Shown here piece after piece: positions 1 to 10,153 of a DNA stretch of 64,000 bases (the first letter of the stretch is position 1; each line of letters begins with the position of its first letter). Under the pieces are notes generated by a model that was given only the letters and a program-made list of their open reading frames with translations, was not told the DNA's origin and ran no database searches. The stretch is taken from NCBI GenBank assembly GCA_045535075.1, contig JAZSKX010000017.1, forward strand, positions 160,001 to 224,000. The letters run 5' to 3'. The stretch is from Candidatus Spyradenecus sp. GTDB taxonomy: Bacteria > Verrucomicrobiota > Verrucomicrobiia > Opitutales > UBA953. Made by a program: the position numbers and the translations under genes.

Positions 1-725
1 GAGCCCTTCTCGTTTTTGCTTTTGCGGGAACACTGCTGGCACAAATTCCGACAGTGCTTCACGTGTTTGCGCTTCCCCTGGCAGCTATGATCGGCGCTTT
101 ATTAATAACATTTTTGGTTCTTTCGCTCGCGGGAGCGATCGGAAGAAATCGCATCGGAGGAATGCTGCTCATCGGGATCGCAATTAATTCGGCTGTCGCC
201 GCATTCACCGGGCTGATTCTACATTTCTCGGCAGATAGCCAAATACGCACCTACACCTTCTGGATGCTCGGCGGATTAGATCGCGCGGAATGGAGCTTAA
301 TCGCCCCGGCGGCAACAATTATCGCAACGGGATTGATGATTCTCCCACGCTGTTCTCGAGGTTTAGACGTTCTTGCTTTAGGAGAATCCGAAGCGCATTT
401 TGCCGGAATTGACGTTACGCGCCTACGCCGCCATGTCGTTTGGGTGTCAGCGGCAATGGTCGGCTCCGCTGTCGCAATCGGCGGAATGATCGGCTTTGTC
501 GGCTTGGTCGCGCCGCATCTGATTCGGCTGACATTCGGGCCCTCGCATCGCTTCCTCGTTCCCGCGTCCGGATTGCTAGGCGGGATTTTACTGATTGCGG
601 CAGATATCGCGGCTCGTAGCTTAGGCGGGGCAACCGAGCTCCCGATCGGTGTCGTTACGGCAATTATCGGCGCGCCGTTTTTCTTAGGTGTTTTATTAAA
701 AGGCGAAAGGAGAATCGTAACATGA
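1..725 (+). CDS. FecCD/HmuU-family iron/heme ABC transporter permease (5' end probably outside the window)
   Basis: Hydrophobic ORF with LALGESEAHFAG, GMIGFVGLVAPH and ELPIGVVTAIIGAPFF motifs. Confidence 0.9.
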   Translation, partial: ALLVFAFAGTLLAQIPTVLHVFALPLAAMIGALLITFLVLSLAGAIGRNRIGGMLLIGIAINSAVAAFTGLILHFSADSQIRTYTFWMLGGLDRAEWSLIAPAATIIATGLMILPRCSRGLDVLALGESEAHFAGIDVTRLRRHVVWVSAAMVGSAVAIGGMIGFVGLVAPHLIRLTFGPSHRFLVPASGLLGGILLIAADIAARSLGGATELPIGVVTAIIGAPFFLGVLLKGERRIVT

Positions 726-1492
726 TTTTTTCGGCAAAAAATCTGATCGTCCGTCGTGGAGGAAATTGTATTCTCAATAATGTTTCCGCCGATGTTCCCA
801 CAGGAAAACTCTCGATTGTTCTCGGACAAAACGGCGCCGGAAAATCGACTCTGCTCCACGCGCTTGCCGGCGGAATAAAACCCGATTCCGGCGAAGTTTT
901 TTGCGGGAAAACTCCCCTGCGGGAACTTGATTCCCGGGAATTGGCGCGCCACCGCGCCGTGCTGACCCAATCGACGCAACCCGCATTTGATTTTACGGTT
1001 GAAGAAACTGTCTTACTCGGACGCACCCCTTGGATCGGAACCTCTGAAACCCGAAACGACAAAAACGTTGCCGCCAATGTTTTGCGAACCGTCGGATTGG
1101 AAAAATTTGCCGAACGGCGACTTTCCACATTATCCGGCGGCGAACTCCAGCGCGTTCAAATCGCACGAACATTCGCTCAAGGCATTACTCCGACGGGAAC
1201 GCCGACAACGTTTTTCCTCGATGAACCGCTTGCTGCTTTGGATTTCAAACATCGGTTTGAAATCATGCGCTGCCTGAAAGAGCTCGCTCAAGCCGGCAAC
1301 GCTGTTTTCGTTGTCCTACACGATTTGAATCTTTCGCTTCGTTTCGCAGATCGCGTGCTTGTCATGCAAGCGGGAAAAATCGCTCTCACGGGAACGCCGC
1401 TTGAGGTTTTAACGCCGGAAAATTTAGCTCGGATTTTTGAAATCCGAGCCGAAATTCTACGCGATTCCCGCGGTGCGTTTATCCGATTTTAA
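722..1492 (+). CDS. Heme/iron ABC transporter ATP-binding protein (HmuV-like)
   Basis: Walker [10 protein letters not shown], signature [15 protein letters not shown]-loop LHDLN; coupled to the permease. Confidence 0.9.
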   Translation: MIFSAKNLIVRRGGNCILNNVSADVPTGKLSIVLGQNGAGKSTLLHALAGGIKPDSGEVFCGKTPLRELDSRELARHRAVLTQSTQPAFDFTVEETVLLGRTPWIGTSETRNDKNVAANVLRTVGLEKFAERRLSTLSGGELQRVQIARTFAQGITPTGTPTTFFLDEPLAALDFKHRFEIMRCLKELAQAGNAVFVVLHDLNLSLRFADRVLVMQAGKIALTGTPLEVLTPENLARIFEIRAEILRDSRGAFIRF

Positions 1493-2660
1493 CACTTTCT
1501 CGAAGCGCCTCAACGCGGTTGAGCTGCTCCCAAGGCAAATCGGATTTGGTAAAATGACCGTAATTGGTCGTATGTGCGTAAATCGGGCGTAACAAATCCA
1601 ATTGAGCAATAATGCTTGCCGGTTTGAATGAAAAAACCTTCTTTACCGCGGCAATAATTTTTTCGTCGCTAACCGTTCCCGTCCCGAACGTGTCGATGTG
1701 AATGCTCGTCGGCTCCGGCTCGCCGATTGCATAAGAAACCTGCAATTCGACGCGCTTCGCCAAGCCGGCTGCGACAATGTTTTTTGCGACCCAGCGGCAC
1801 ATGTAAGCCGCCGAGCGGTCAACTTTAGACGGATCTTTTCCGGAAAACGCACCGCCTCCATGGCGTCCGGCTCCGCCGTAAGTATCGACAATGATTTTGC
1901 GTCCCGTCAGCCCGGCATCGCCATGGGGTCCGCCGATAACGAATTTTCCCGTGGGATTGATGAAAAAATGCGTTTCCGAATCAACAAGCGTTTCGGGAAG
2001 CACGGAGCGAATCAACTTCTCGCCGAATGCGCGGATCGTCGCATGGTCAACGGCTTCCGTGTGCTGTGTCGAAAGCACAACATTTTCAATGTGCGCGGGA
2101 ACGCCGTTTTCATAGCGGACGGCAACTTGCGATTTGCAATCCGGACGCAACCAAGCCGACTCCGAAGCCGACTTGTCTTTGCGGATTTTTTCCAAAGCCT
2201 GCAAAATGCGATGAGCAAACATCACGGGAGCCGGCATCAATTCCGGAGTTTCATCCGTCGCAAAGCCGAACATAATTCCCTGGTCGCCCGCACCCTGCTC
2301 CGCAGAACTTTTGCCGGACGCAGCTGCCGCATCGACGCCTTGCGCAATGTCGGGCGATTGCGTTCCGATGAGATTTAAAATTTCAACCGTTCCGGCCTGA
2401 AAAATATCATCATCGCGTTCGTCGACATAGCCGATTTCCCGAATCGCAGCACGAGCAATCTCCTCGTAATTCACTTTCGCCAAAGTCGTAATTTCCCCGG
2501 CAAGCACCACCCGATTGTCTTTAACCAAAGTTTCGCACGCCACGCGGGAACGCGAATCCTGAGCCAAGCAAGCATCTAAAATGGAATCAGAAATTAAATC
2601 GGCGACTTTGTCCGGATGTCCGGCACCGACAGACTCGGAACTAAAAATGAAACTGCTCAT
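1479..2660 (-). CDS. metK: S-adenosylmethionine synthetase
   Basis: [17 protein letters not shown] and [16 protein letters not shown] motifs; start placed at MSSFIF. Confidence 0.97.
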   Translation of the reverse strand: MSSFIFSSESVGAGHPDKVADLISDSILDACLAQDSRSRVACETLVKDNRVVLAGEITTLAKVNYEEIARAAIREIGYVDERDDDIFQAGTVEILNLIGTQSPDIAQGVDAAAASGKSSAEQGAGDQGIMFGFATDETPELMPAPVMFAHRILQALEKIRKDKSASESAWLRPDCKSQVAVRYENGVPAHIENVVLSTQHTEAVDHATIRAFGEKLIRSVLPETLVDSETHFFINPTGKFVIGGPHGDAGLTGRKIIVDTYGGAGRHGGGAFSGKDPSKVDRSAAYMCRWVAKNIVAAGLAKRVELQVSYAIGEPEPTSIHIDTFGTGTVSDEKIIAAVKKVFSFKPASIIAQLDLLRPIYAHTTNYGHFTKSDLPWEQLNRVEALRESVKIG

Positions 2661-2778
2661 AATCGAGCCGCCAAGTGTGCCTGAGGCGTTCCCGCAAATC
2701 AAGAATATATTTTCATATCAAGATTGATTGATATATTTAAACTTTAAAGGTACCCCTAAAATAAGTATACGGTTCTAC

Positions 2779-2816
2779 AAAAAAGCTCCCTCCGCGTTTA
2801 AACGAAGGGAGCTTTT
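2779..2816. terminator. Intrinsic terminator (AAAAGCTCCCT...AGGGAGCTTTT)
   Basis: 11-bp inverted repeat with A/T tails, downstream of the minus-strand pgi operon. Confidence 0.7.
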
Positions 2817-2828
2817 CAAAAAATAACA

Positions 2829-2993
2829 CTATCGGTCCTGCGGCATCATCCCGCCCATACCCGGCATTGTATTTTCCCAAGCTTGGGGAGCGCCGCTCGC
2901 CGGGAGATTGGAATCTTCCGGCGGAGGAGTCTCGGTGCACGCAACTAAAAGCGCAACGAGCGGAAGTAATGCAAACTTAACGACCGTTTTCAC
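2829..2993 (-). CDS. Small lipoprotein, 54 aa (below the ORF-track cutoff)
   Basis: Manual translation MKTVVKFALLPLVALLVACTETPPPEDSNLPASGAPQAWENTMPGMGGMMPQDR; signal peptide with lipobox LVAC; starts 5 bp after the upstream gene and is followed by a terminator. Confidence 0.75.
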   Translation of the reverse strand: MKTVVKFALLPLVALLVACTETPPPEDSNLPASGAPQAWENTMPGMGGMMPQDR

Positions 2994-2998
2994 GTAGA

Positions 2999-3940
2999 TT
3001 ATTTTTTGTTAACAAACGGAATCAAGTTCACTGCCGCGCCATTCGGAACGGCTCCCATTTCAGACTTCGGAAGGATACGTGCAATTGCATTTGCGGGCGA
3101 AGCTTCGGAAATCTGAATTTGTCCGACTTTAATTCCGTTGTACTCTACATCGTAATATCCGCCCTGCATGATGTAGGATTCTGCAGTTCCGACAGAAAGC
3201 ACGATCAAACCGCGGCGAACATCGATAGAGCTAACCGTAGTCTGAACATAGGGAGAAGCAAATTTAACGACCGGTCCGGTCAACGCATTGGTGACATAAA
3301 GAGCGGACGGATATTCTTCATCATCAAACGTCATACCTTTAGCACGCGCCAAGTGACGGAATTTCGTGTAACGATTCTGTCCTTTTTCCATCTTCTTTTG
3401 GAGGTCCGCGATTTCATCCAAAAGTGCATTGTACTCGTCGAGCGTTTTCATGTTGGCGATGCGTTCATTAAGGCGCGCCGTATTTTCCTTTTCGGAACGG
3501 AGCGTCGCTTCGGAAGCCGCCAACTTGGTTTCGAGATCGGCAACGTTGTCTTGAAGTTCGTTGCGTGCACGCGTCAATTCTGCGTTTTCGGCAACCTTCG
3601 CATCAATTTCGGACTTAAGTCCTTCAATCGTTGCATCACGCGCGGCAATCGTATTTTTCTGAGCAGCAATGGTCGCATCATCCTTAAGCTTCTGCTCACG
3701 ACGCCCTTCAATTTCTTTGCACGCGGGAGCGACGATTTCCATCGCCGCTTTCAAGTCTATGGGTTTAGAGAGCTTTTGATAATCGAACGGCTCACCGGAA
3801 GTTTTCGCAACCTGTGCAAGCGGTTTTGCTTTAGCAACGGCATTGTCCATTTCCCCTTTAATGAGGAAAAACAGCGCAATTGCGCCGGCGGAAAGCACGA
3901 TAGCGAGTGCGCGGAGAATGATAGAAACTTTGTTGTTCAT
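2999..3940 (-). CDS. Hypothetical membrane-anchored coiled-coil protein
   Basis: N-terminal TM segment, long heptad-rich helix, C-terminal beta-rich domain. Confidence 0.75.
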   Translation of the reverse strand: MNNKVSIILRALAIVLSAGAIALFFLIKGEMDNAVAKAKPLAQVAKTSGEPFDYQKLSKPIDLKAAMEIVAPACKEIEGRREQKLKDDATIAAQKNTIAARDATIEGLKSEIDAKVAENAELTRARNELQDNVADLETKLAASEATLRSEKENTARLNERIANMKTLDEYNALLDEIADLQKKMEKGQNRYTKFRHLARAKGMTFDDEEYPSALYVTNALTGPVVKFASPYVQTTVSSIDVRRGLIVLSVGTAESYIMQGGYYDVEYNGIKVGQIQISEASPANAIARILPKSEMGAVPNGAAVNLIPFVNKK

Positions 3941-3946
3941 GGGGTT

Positions 3947-5527
3947 TTATCGGTTATAATTGAAAGTTGAGCAGTAAGCCGGGGCTCGGGTTTGACGGGC
4001 AACCGCACAAGACGCGCTCGCCGCCAAGTGTTGACAGATTTTGAACACTAATTCCGTGCGGTTTTCAAGCTCTAATTTTTCGGCGATGGCTTCCGCAGAG
4101 AATTTTTCGGGAGCATTTGCCTTCAAAAATTCAACGATTTGAGTTTGAAGTTTTAAAATCCCCGCAGCGGCTTTTTTCCCGGCTTCGACGCCCGGCTGGT
4201 GGTAAGCGTTGATGCCGATAAACGTCGCATAAAAACCGACCGCACGTTCGAAGAGCGCAATCAGCGCGCCGATGCTTTGCGGCGTCACGTCTTCGACGGT
4301 CAGCGTTACCGAGGCGCGCCCTTTTTCGGTCAGAGCTTCGCGCGTGCCGAGGAGGAAGCCTTCAAGATAATCTCCGGCGGAAATTCCCGGATCAACTTCC
4401 GTGCTTTCACCTGCGCGATCCCGCAAAACTTCGATGAAAGTCGCGAAGAAATTCGGTACGCCTTCGCGCAATTGCTGAATATAGGCGTGCTGGTCGGTCG
4501 AACCCTTGTTCCCGTAAACGGAAATCCCTTGATTGACGACGTTCCCGGCGAGGTCTTTTTCCTTGCCGAGCGATTCCATTATCAGCTGCTGCAAATAGCG
4601 AGCAAAGAGCAAAAGGCGATCTTTGTAAGGCAAAATCACCATATCTTTCGCGCCTTTTCCGTCCGTCAGAAAATACCACGCGAGCGCGAGCAACGCCGCC
4701 GGATTCTCGAGCGCTTCGCGGGAACGCGTTTGCGCGTCCATCGCTGCCGCTCCCGCGAGCATTCCGCGAATATCCAAGCCCTGAAGTGCAGCCGGAAGCA
4801 AGCCGACCGCCGCCATTTCGCTGGTGCGCCCGCCGACCCAATCCCACATCGGGAACCGCTCAATAAAACCTTGTGCGAGAGCCGTTTTGTCGAGCTGGGA
4901 ACCAACTCCGGTAACGGCGACTGCGTGTTTTGCAAAATCCAATCCCGCCGCCTTGTATTGCGCGACGGTTTCAATCATCGCGTTGCGCGGTTCGGGCGTG
5001 CTTCCGGATTTCGACGTTACGACGCAAAGTGTTTCGCCGAGCTTTCCTTTGAGCTCGGCAAAAACGATGTCAAAACCGTCCGCATCCGTGTTATCGAGGA
5101 AGAAAACCTTCATTTTGTCGCGCCCGGGCATTCCGAGAGCAGAGGCGACGAATTGCGGTCCGAGCGCGCTCCCGCCGATGCCGATGCAGAGAAGATTTTT
5201 GAACGTTCCCGCGCTACCGGAAATTTCGCCGGAATGAACTTTGTTTGCAAAAACTTCGATTTTTTCGAGCGTTCCCGCGATTTCGGCGGCGAGCTCGGCT
5301 GTCGGCGCGAGTTGCGGAGCGCGCAGCCAATAATGCCCGACCATGCGGTTTTCGTCCGGATTGGCGATTGCGCCCTTTTCGAGTTCCGCCATTGCGTCAA
5401 ACGCCTTATCGAGCATCGGCTTTGCGGCGGCGATGTAATCCGTCGGGAACCCGACGCGGCTCAAGTCGATGGCGAAATTGAGCGCATCAAACGCGATGTA
5501 GTTTTTCTTAAAGTTTTCCCAGCTCAT
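3947..5527 (-). CDS. pgi: Glucose-6-phosphate isomerase
   Basis: [29 protein letters not shown] and HQPGVEAGK motifs. Confidence 0.97.
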   Translation of the reverse strand: MSWENFKKNYIAFDALNFAIDLSRVGFPTDYIAAAKPMLDKAFDAMAELEKGAIANPDENRMVGHYWLRAPQLAPTAELAAEIAGTLEKIEVFANKVHSGEISGSAGTFKNLLCIGIGGSALGPQFVASALGMPGRDKMKVFFLDNTDADGFDIVFAELKGKLGETLCVVTSKSGSTPEPRNAMIETVAQYKAAGLDFAKHAVAVTGVGSQLDKTALAQGFIERFPMWDWVGGRTSEMAAVGLLPAALQGLDIRGMLAGAAAMDAQTRSREALENPAALLALAWYFLTDGKGAKDMVILPYKDRLLLFARYLQQLIMESLGKEKDLAGNVVNQGISVYGNKGSTDQHAYIQQLREGVPNFFATFIEVLRDRAGESTEVDPGISAGDYLEGFLLGTREALTEKGRASVTLTVEDVTPQSIGALIALFERAVGFYATFIGINAYHQPGVEAGKKAAAGILKLQTQIVEFLKANAPEKFSAEAIAEKLELENRTELVFKICQHLAASASCAVARQTRAPAYCSTFNYNR

Positions 5528-5543
5528 TACTCAAAAAAATACT

Positions 5544-5921
5544 TTATTTTGCAGGGGGATTTTCCGTCGGGGCGGATTCCTGCGCCGGCGTTGCGGGAAC
5601 GTCTTCCGTCACCAACGCGGCAGGAGCCGTCTGCGCCGTTTCCATTTTCAGAGCTTCCGCCGTATCATTGCGAGAATCCTTTGCGATAAAACCAAAGTAA
5701 AGCACAGCACAAAGAATGAAAAACAGCGTAATAAAAATAACGGTTGCCTTGGAAAGTACGCCTGCCGCTTCTCCGCCGAAGACGCTTTCGGAAGTTGCCC
5801 CGCCGAGCGCGGAACCCATTCCCGCATTGGCGCTCGGACGTTGCATCAAAACGAAGAGCACGACGAGCACGCAAACAAAAAACAGCACGAGGGCAGCACT
5901 AAAAAGTAAAATATTAAACAT
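5544..5921 (-). CDS. secG: Preprotein translocase subunit SecG
   Basis: Two TM helices flanking LMQRPS..GMGSALGG..SVFG. Confidence 0.9.
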   Translation of the reverse strand: MFNILLFSAALVLFFVCVLVVLFVLMQRPSANAGMGSALGGATSESVFGGEAAGVLSKATVIFITLFFILCAVLYFGFIAKDSRNDTAEALKMETAQTAPAALVTEDVPATPAQESAPTENPPAK

Positions 5922-5992
5922 AAGGTTTTGTGATTAAATTAAAACGAAGCCTCAATCTCAAACAAATTTTCGGACTTGAAGCGTTCCCGGAA

Positions 5993-6556
5993 CTAGCGAC
6001 TCCGGAGCAATTCCGGATATTTCAGAAAAACTTCGCCGAGGGCGGCAATCATAATTGAGTGATGAATCGCTCCGCCGCGCGCCAGTTCAAGCAATTCCGC
6101 AGGTGAAACTTCCCGCACGAGAATTTCTTCGTTTTCGTCCAAAGACGTTCCCGCGATTTTCTTACAATTTTTAATAAGAATGATGCTACAGAAATTATTA
6201 AAAATCGCCGGATTCGCAGAAAGTTTCCCCAACAAAATCGGCGGATCGCCTGCGTAGCCCGTCTCTTCGAGGAGTTCCCGCGGACCGGCAGCAAGCGGAT
6301 CTTCGCCCGCTTCAACAACACCACCCGGAAACTCCCAAGACAAATCGCGTACGCCGTAACGATACTGTTGCTCGACCAGAAAGTTTCCGGATTCCGTCAC
6401 GCAAACGCAAGTAACCCAAGCCGGAGCGTGCGCAACAAAGAAATCGCCTTCTCTCCCGTCTTGCGGGTGGCGATTTCTTTCACGAAAAACTCTGAAAACC
6501 TTACAGTCCGCCCAAAGCTCTTCTTCGGAAACTTCCCAACGGGACGGCGTTTTCAT
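5993..6556 (-). CDS. NUDIX hydrolase (ADP-ribose pyrophosphatase-like)
   Basis: Nudix box GGVVEAGEDPLAAGPRELLEETGY. Confidence 0.9.
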   Translation of the reverse strand: MKTPSRWEVSEEELWADCKVFRVFRERNRHPQDGREGDFFVAHAPAWVTCVCVTESGNFLVEQQYRYGVRDLSWEFPGGVVEAGEDPLAAGPRELLEETGYAGDPPILLGKLSANPAIFNNFCSIILIKNCKKIAGTSLDENEEILVREVSPAELLELARGGAIHHSIMIAALGEVFLKYPELLRSR

Positions 6557-6565
6557 GAAAACAAA

Positions 6566-7135
6566 TTATTTCGCGGGAACCTTGATTTTCTGACCGACGC
6601 GCAAACGCGCCGGCTCAATATCCGGATTCAATTCCTGAATATCCACAACCTTGCAACCGAGCTTGTTGGCAATTTTATAGAAATTGTCACCGGGCTGAAT
6701 CGTGTATTCGCCGCCCGCGTTTGATGCCGCAGAAGAAGAGGAAGCATCAGAAGTCGGGCGCGAAACCGGGCGGGAACCGTTCACGCGGTTGTTAATCGCG
6801 ACAAGCGTGTCTTCGAGCGATTTGTCCTTTTGATCAAGCGCTTCGAATTTTCTCGCGAGTTCTTCCCGCAAAAGACCGATTTCCTGACGGAGCGCTTCAA
6901 CATCTTTGGCGCTTTCTCCGCCGAAACCCTGTTCTGCGGCAGCCTTGTTGACAGTCGCATGAATTTCCTCGATGTCGGAATCGACCTTTGTCGTGAAACG
7001 ATCGACCTTTCCGCGAACAACAAACGCGATAATCAGCGCAAGCCCGCCGATGATAATTCCCAAAATTCCGATTCCGATCGGAATTTTCAAATCTGCGGGA
7101 GCGTCAAAACCGGAGTCAATTGAAGAATCTTCCAT
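6566..7135 (-). CDS. Membrane-anchored LysM-domain protein
   Basis: N-terminal TM, coiled coil, C-terminal YTIQPGDNFYKIA...LRVGQKIKVP LysM domain. Confidence 0.88.
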   Translation of the reverse strand: MEDSSIDSGFDAPADLKIPIGIGILGIIIGGLALIIAFVVRGKVDRFTTKVDSDIEEIHATVNKAAAEQGFGGESAKDVEALRQEIGLLREELARKFEALDQKDKSLEDTLVAINNRVNGSRPVSRPTSDASSSSAASNAGGEYTIQPGDNFYKIANKLGCKVVDIQELNPDIEPARLRVGQKIKVPAK

Positions 7136-7192
7136 AGTATTTTTGTTTAAGTGAAATTGTTTTTAACTGCTTTCTCGTGATGGAATATTTTG

Positions 7193-7222
7193 TTGACATC
7201 GAGGGCAATAAAAAACGATTCT
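7193..7222 (+). promoter_or_regulatory. Putative sigma70 promoter of tRNA-Pro
   Basis: Perfect TTGACA at 7193-7198, about 40 bp upstream of the tRNA; -10 element degenerate. Confidence 0.45.
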
Positions 7223-7235
7223 TAGCCGATATTTT

Positions 7236-7313
7236 CGGGCGTTAGCGCAGTCTGGCTAGCGCATCTGCTTTGGGAGCAGAGGGTCGGGGGTTCGAATCCC
7301 TCACGCCCGACCA
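7236..7313 (+). tRNA. tRNA-Pro (TGG)
   Basis: Acceptor stem CGGGCGT/ACGCCCG, anticodon stem TCTGC/GCAGA with loop TTTGGGA, T-loop GTTCGAATC, 3' CCA. Confidence 0.95.
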
Positions 7314-7587
7314 AAAACCCTCTTTCAAATCACTTAAAAATCCGGAGAAATAAGGAAATTGCGAGTTTTCTTATCCTTTCGCAATCTCTCAAATCTGCCG
7401 GAAAATGCTCAACAACGCCTGTTTCCGACAAAAGAATTTACGTACATTTTTTAGGCGTGTTTTCAAACCCTTTAATTCGATTAAAAGGCGGCAAAAACAT
7501 CCCTTCCCGGACCGTTCCCGCCGTTCTTAAGGAAAATCCTCGCGTTCCCGCCGGGAACAATTAGCATTTTCGCCATTCCCTCTCGCC

Positions 7588-8790
7588 ATGAAAAAATCAA
7601 TGCCTGCTCTTCCCGACACGTTCCCGCAACCTGAAAAAAACGGTCGCACGGATATACTCTTCGTCGCCGGAGAACACTCGGGAGACGAGCTCGCCGCGAA
7701 AGTCATTCGCGATTTGCTCCGGGAAAATCCCGCTTTAAAAATCACCGCATTCGGCGGGAACGATATGCAACGCGCCGGCGCTCAGTTGCTTTTTAATATG
7801 ACGACGTTTTCCGCCGTCGGGCTCGTCGAAGTCGTTTCAAATCTTTCTTTTTATTCCGCGCTGTTTAAAAAAATACTCGCTTGGATTCGCACGCATCGCC
7901 CGCGGACGGTTTGCTTTGTCGACTTCCCGGGAATGAATCTGCGCCTCGCGGAAGCGATGAAAAAGGAAGGTCTCTCCCGAAAAGGCGGCGGAGACATTGC
8001 GGTTTATCACTATGTTTCTCCGCAAATTTGGGCGTGGAAATCACATCGGCGTTTTAAAATGGAAAAAGTTTTGGATTCGCTCGGCGTGCTTTTCCCGTTT
8101 GAGCTGAAATGCTATGCGGACACGCAACTTGATGTCCATTTCGTCGGCGATCCTTTTGCCGCGCCGGATCATCGGCTTCCCGTAAAATATGACGCGAACG
8201 GTCCCGTGCTGCTGCTTCCGGGAAGCCGCCCGAAACCCGTCGCGCGCATTTTTCCGGTTTTACTTGAATCCTGGAAACGTTTTCACGCAACGCACCCGGA
8301 CAAAAAAGCCGTTGTGCTCCACCCCGGAGAACCCGTGCTAGGCATTTTACGGGAACTCATGGCGTCGGATCCGGAAGCGGCAAGAGGCATCGAGCTCGTT
8401 CCCGTCGATGACGTCGAAAACGATGCACAACTCGCAAGCGCCGTTCTGATGAGCTCGGGAACGATGTCGCGCACTTGCTCGCTCGCGGGAATTCCGGGTG
8501 CGATTCTTTATTTGGCAAACGCCCTGACTTGGACAATCGGGCGCTGGCTTGTCGGCGACAAAGTCCGCTACCTCGGCATGGCAAACATTCTGCTCGATCG
8601 CGATGTTTATCCGGAATATCTGCAACAGGATGCAACGCCGGAAAAGCTTTCTGCGCGGCTTTCCGAATGCTTCGACAATCCCGCGATTCTCGCTCAAATG
8701 CAAAAAGACTGCGCCGAGTTGCACGCGCTTTTGCATCCTCAATCCGACGGACTGAACGCCGCACGTTGGCTTTCCCGCAGCTTGCTTTAA
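7588..8790 (+). CDS. lpxB: Lipid-A-disaccharide synthase
   Basis: AGEHSGD, VDFPGMNLRL, YVSPQIWAW, LLPGSR and SGT motifs. Confidence 0.93.
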   Translation: MKKSMPALPDTFPQPEKNGRTDILFVAGEHSGDELAAKVIRDLLRENPALKITAFGGNDMQRAGAQLLFNMTTFSAVGLVEVVSNLSFYSALFKKILAWIRTHRPRTVCFVDFPGMNLRLAEAMKKEGLSRKGGGDIAVYHYVSPQIWAWKSHRRFKMEKVLDSLGVLFPFELKCYADTQLDVHFVGDPFAAPDHRLPVKYDANGPVLLLPGSRPKPVARIFPVLLESWKRFHATHPDKKAVVLHPGEPVLGILRELMASDPEAARGIELVPVDDVENDAQLASAVLMSSGTMSRTCSLAGIPGAILYLANALTWTIGRWLVGDKVRYLGMANILLDRDVYPEYLQQDATPEKLSARLSECFDNPAILAQMQKDCAELHALLHPQSDGLNAARWLSRSLL

Positions 8791-10136
8791 TGGATTTTAA
8801 CTGGCAGGAAAAATCGAAGGATCTCCATTCCGAGCTGAGACAAATTTTTCAGTCGTTTCCTTTCGAGTCGGAGATTCAAACCGGAAAAATACCGCTTGCC
8901 GTTGCCTGCTCCGGCGGCGCAGATTCGCTTGCTGTCCTGCTTTTGACTTGGGCAAATTTTCCCGAAGCCCGGGAACACATTTGCGTTTTTCATTTTGACC
9001 ATGCCGTGCGGGCGGAAAGCGCGGCAGATGCGGCATTTGTCCGTGAAGTTTGCGCAAGCCTCGGAGTCGAATTTGTCTGCGAAAGGCGCGTTCCCGCAGA
9101 AAGCAATGACCTAGATTCGGAAGCGGACTTGCGCCGTGCGCGCTTGGATTTTTTCGCCCGCGAAATGCGTTCCCGTGAAATCAGAATTCTCGTTCAGGGA
9201 CATCATTACGACGATGTTGCGGAAACGCTTTTGATGCGCCTCACGCGCGGCGCGGGAACGGACGGACTCGCTGCTCCGCGAAAAATTTCCCGCCAAGCGG
9301 ACGGACGCCTTTTCGTCCGCCCGCTTTTGGATATTCCGAAAAAAAAAATCCTCGATGCTCTACGCCGTTACGAAATTCCGTGGCGCGAAGACTCGACCAA
9401 CGCGGGAACGGATTATTTTCGCAATCGCATCCGCAACCGCGTTTTGCCGGAACTGCGTGCCGCCGTGCCTTTTGAAAATATCGCGCGTTCCCGCATGCTC
9501 ATGGAGGAAGATGCTGACGCTCTGGACTTTTTCGCCAATAATTTTTTTGAAAAAGCAGCGGAGAATTTTTCCTTCGAAAATTTACCGAAAGCCATTGTTC
9601 GACGCGTTGTCAGAAAGATTTTTTCCAAAGAAAAAATCGAAACCGACGGCGCGTCGGCAGTCGATGCGCTCGTCGAAGCGCTTTTCACGGGAACGGCGCT
9701 AAAAATTCAAATCGACGAAAGAAAAATCATCTGCGATAAAAAGCGGCTAACCCTTGTTTCTCCGGAAAAACTTCCCGAAAAGCCGGTCTTTAAAATCGAA
9801 AAAATTGAAGTAACGGAAGCGCTTTTTAAACAAATAAAAGCCGGAAAATTTTCGCCGAAAAAAACAGTTTTTCTTGCGGGAACGCCGAAAATTTTTGTGA
9901 GAGAACTTTTGCCCGGAGAAAAATTTTGTCCGCTCGGCGCGCCCGGAGAAAAATCCGTTCGTCGTATTTTTATCGATAAAAAAATTCCTCAGGAACAACG
10001 AAAAAATCTTCCCGTCTTTGCCGACGGCACGGGAATTGCATGGATTCCGGGGTTGCCGCCGGCGGAACGCTTTCGAATCCGCTCGGCGGGAACGACGGCT
10101 CTGCGATTGACTTACCGCAACGCTTCTTTAGTTTAG
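8790..10136 (+). CDS. tilS: tRNA(Ile)-lysidine synthetase
   Basis: PP-loop SGGADS, GHHYDDVAETLL, RPLL and DSTN..RNRIR; ATG overlaps the lpxB stop. Confidence 0.93.
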   Translation: MDFNWQEKSKDLHSELRQIFQSFPFESEIQTGKIPLAVACSGGADSLAVLLLTWANFPEAREHICVFHFDHAVRAESAADAAFVREVCASLGVEFVCERRVPAESNDLDSEADLRRARLDFFAREMRSREIRILVQGHHYDDVAETLLMRLTRGAGTDGLAAPRKISRQADGRLFVRPLLDIPKKKILDALRRYEIPWREDSTNAGTDYFRNRIRNRVLPELRAAVPFENIARSRMLMEEDADALDFFANNFFEKAAENFSFENLPKAIVRRVVRKIFSKEKIETDGASAVDALVEALFTGTALKIQIDERKIICDKKRLTLVSPEKLPEKPVFKIEKIEVTEALFKQIKAGKFSPKKTVFLAGTPKIFVRELLPGEKFCPLGAPGEKSVRRIFIDKKIPQEQRKNLPVFADGTGIAWIPGLPPAERFRIRSAGTTALRLTYRNASLV

Positions 10137-10153
10137 AACGAATACATTTTTTC

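Noticed and set aside
2661..2780. SAM riboswitch upstream of metK
   Set aside because: No SAM-I/II/V consensus elements recognised; the region looks like a plain promoter (TTGATT-17 nt-CACACT on -) close to the start
7236..7560. tRNA-Pro as an integration site
   Set aside because: No integrase nearby and no duplicated tRNA 3' end seen in the window
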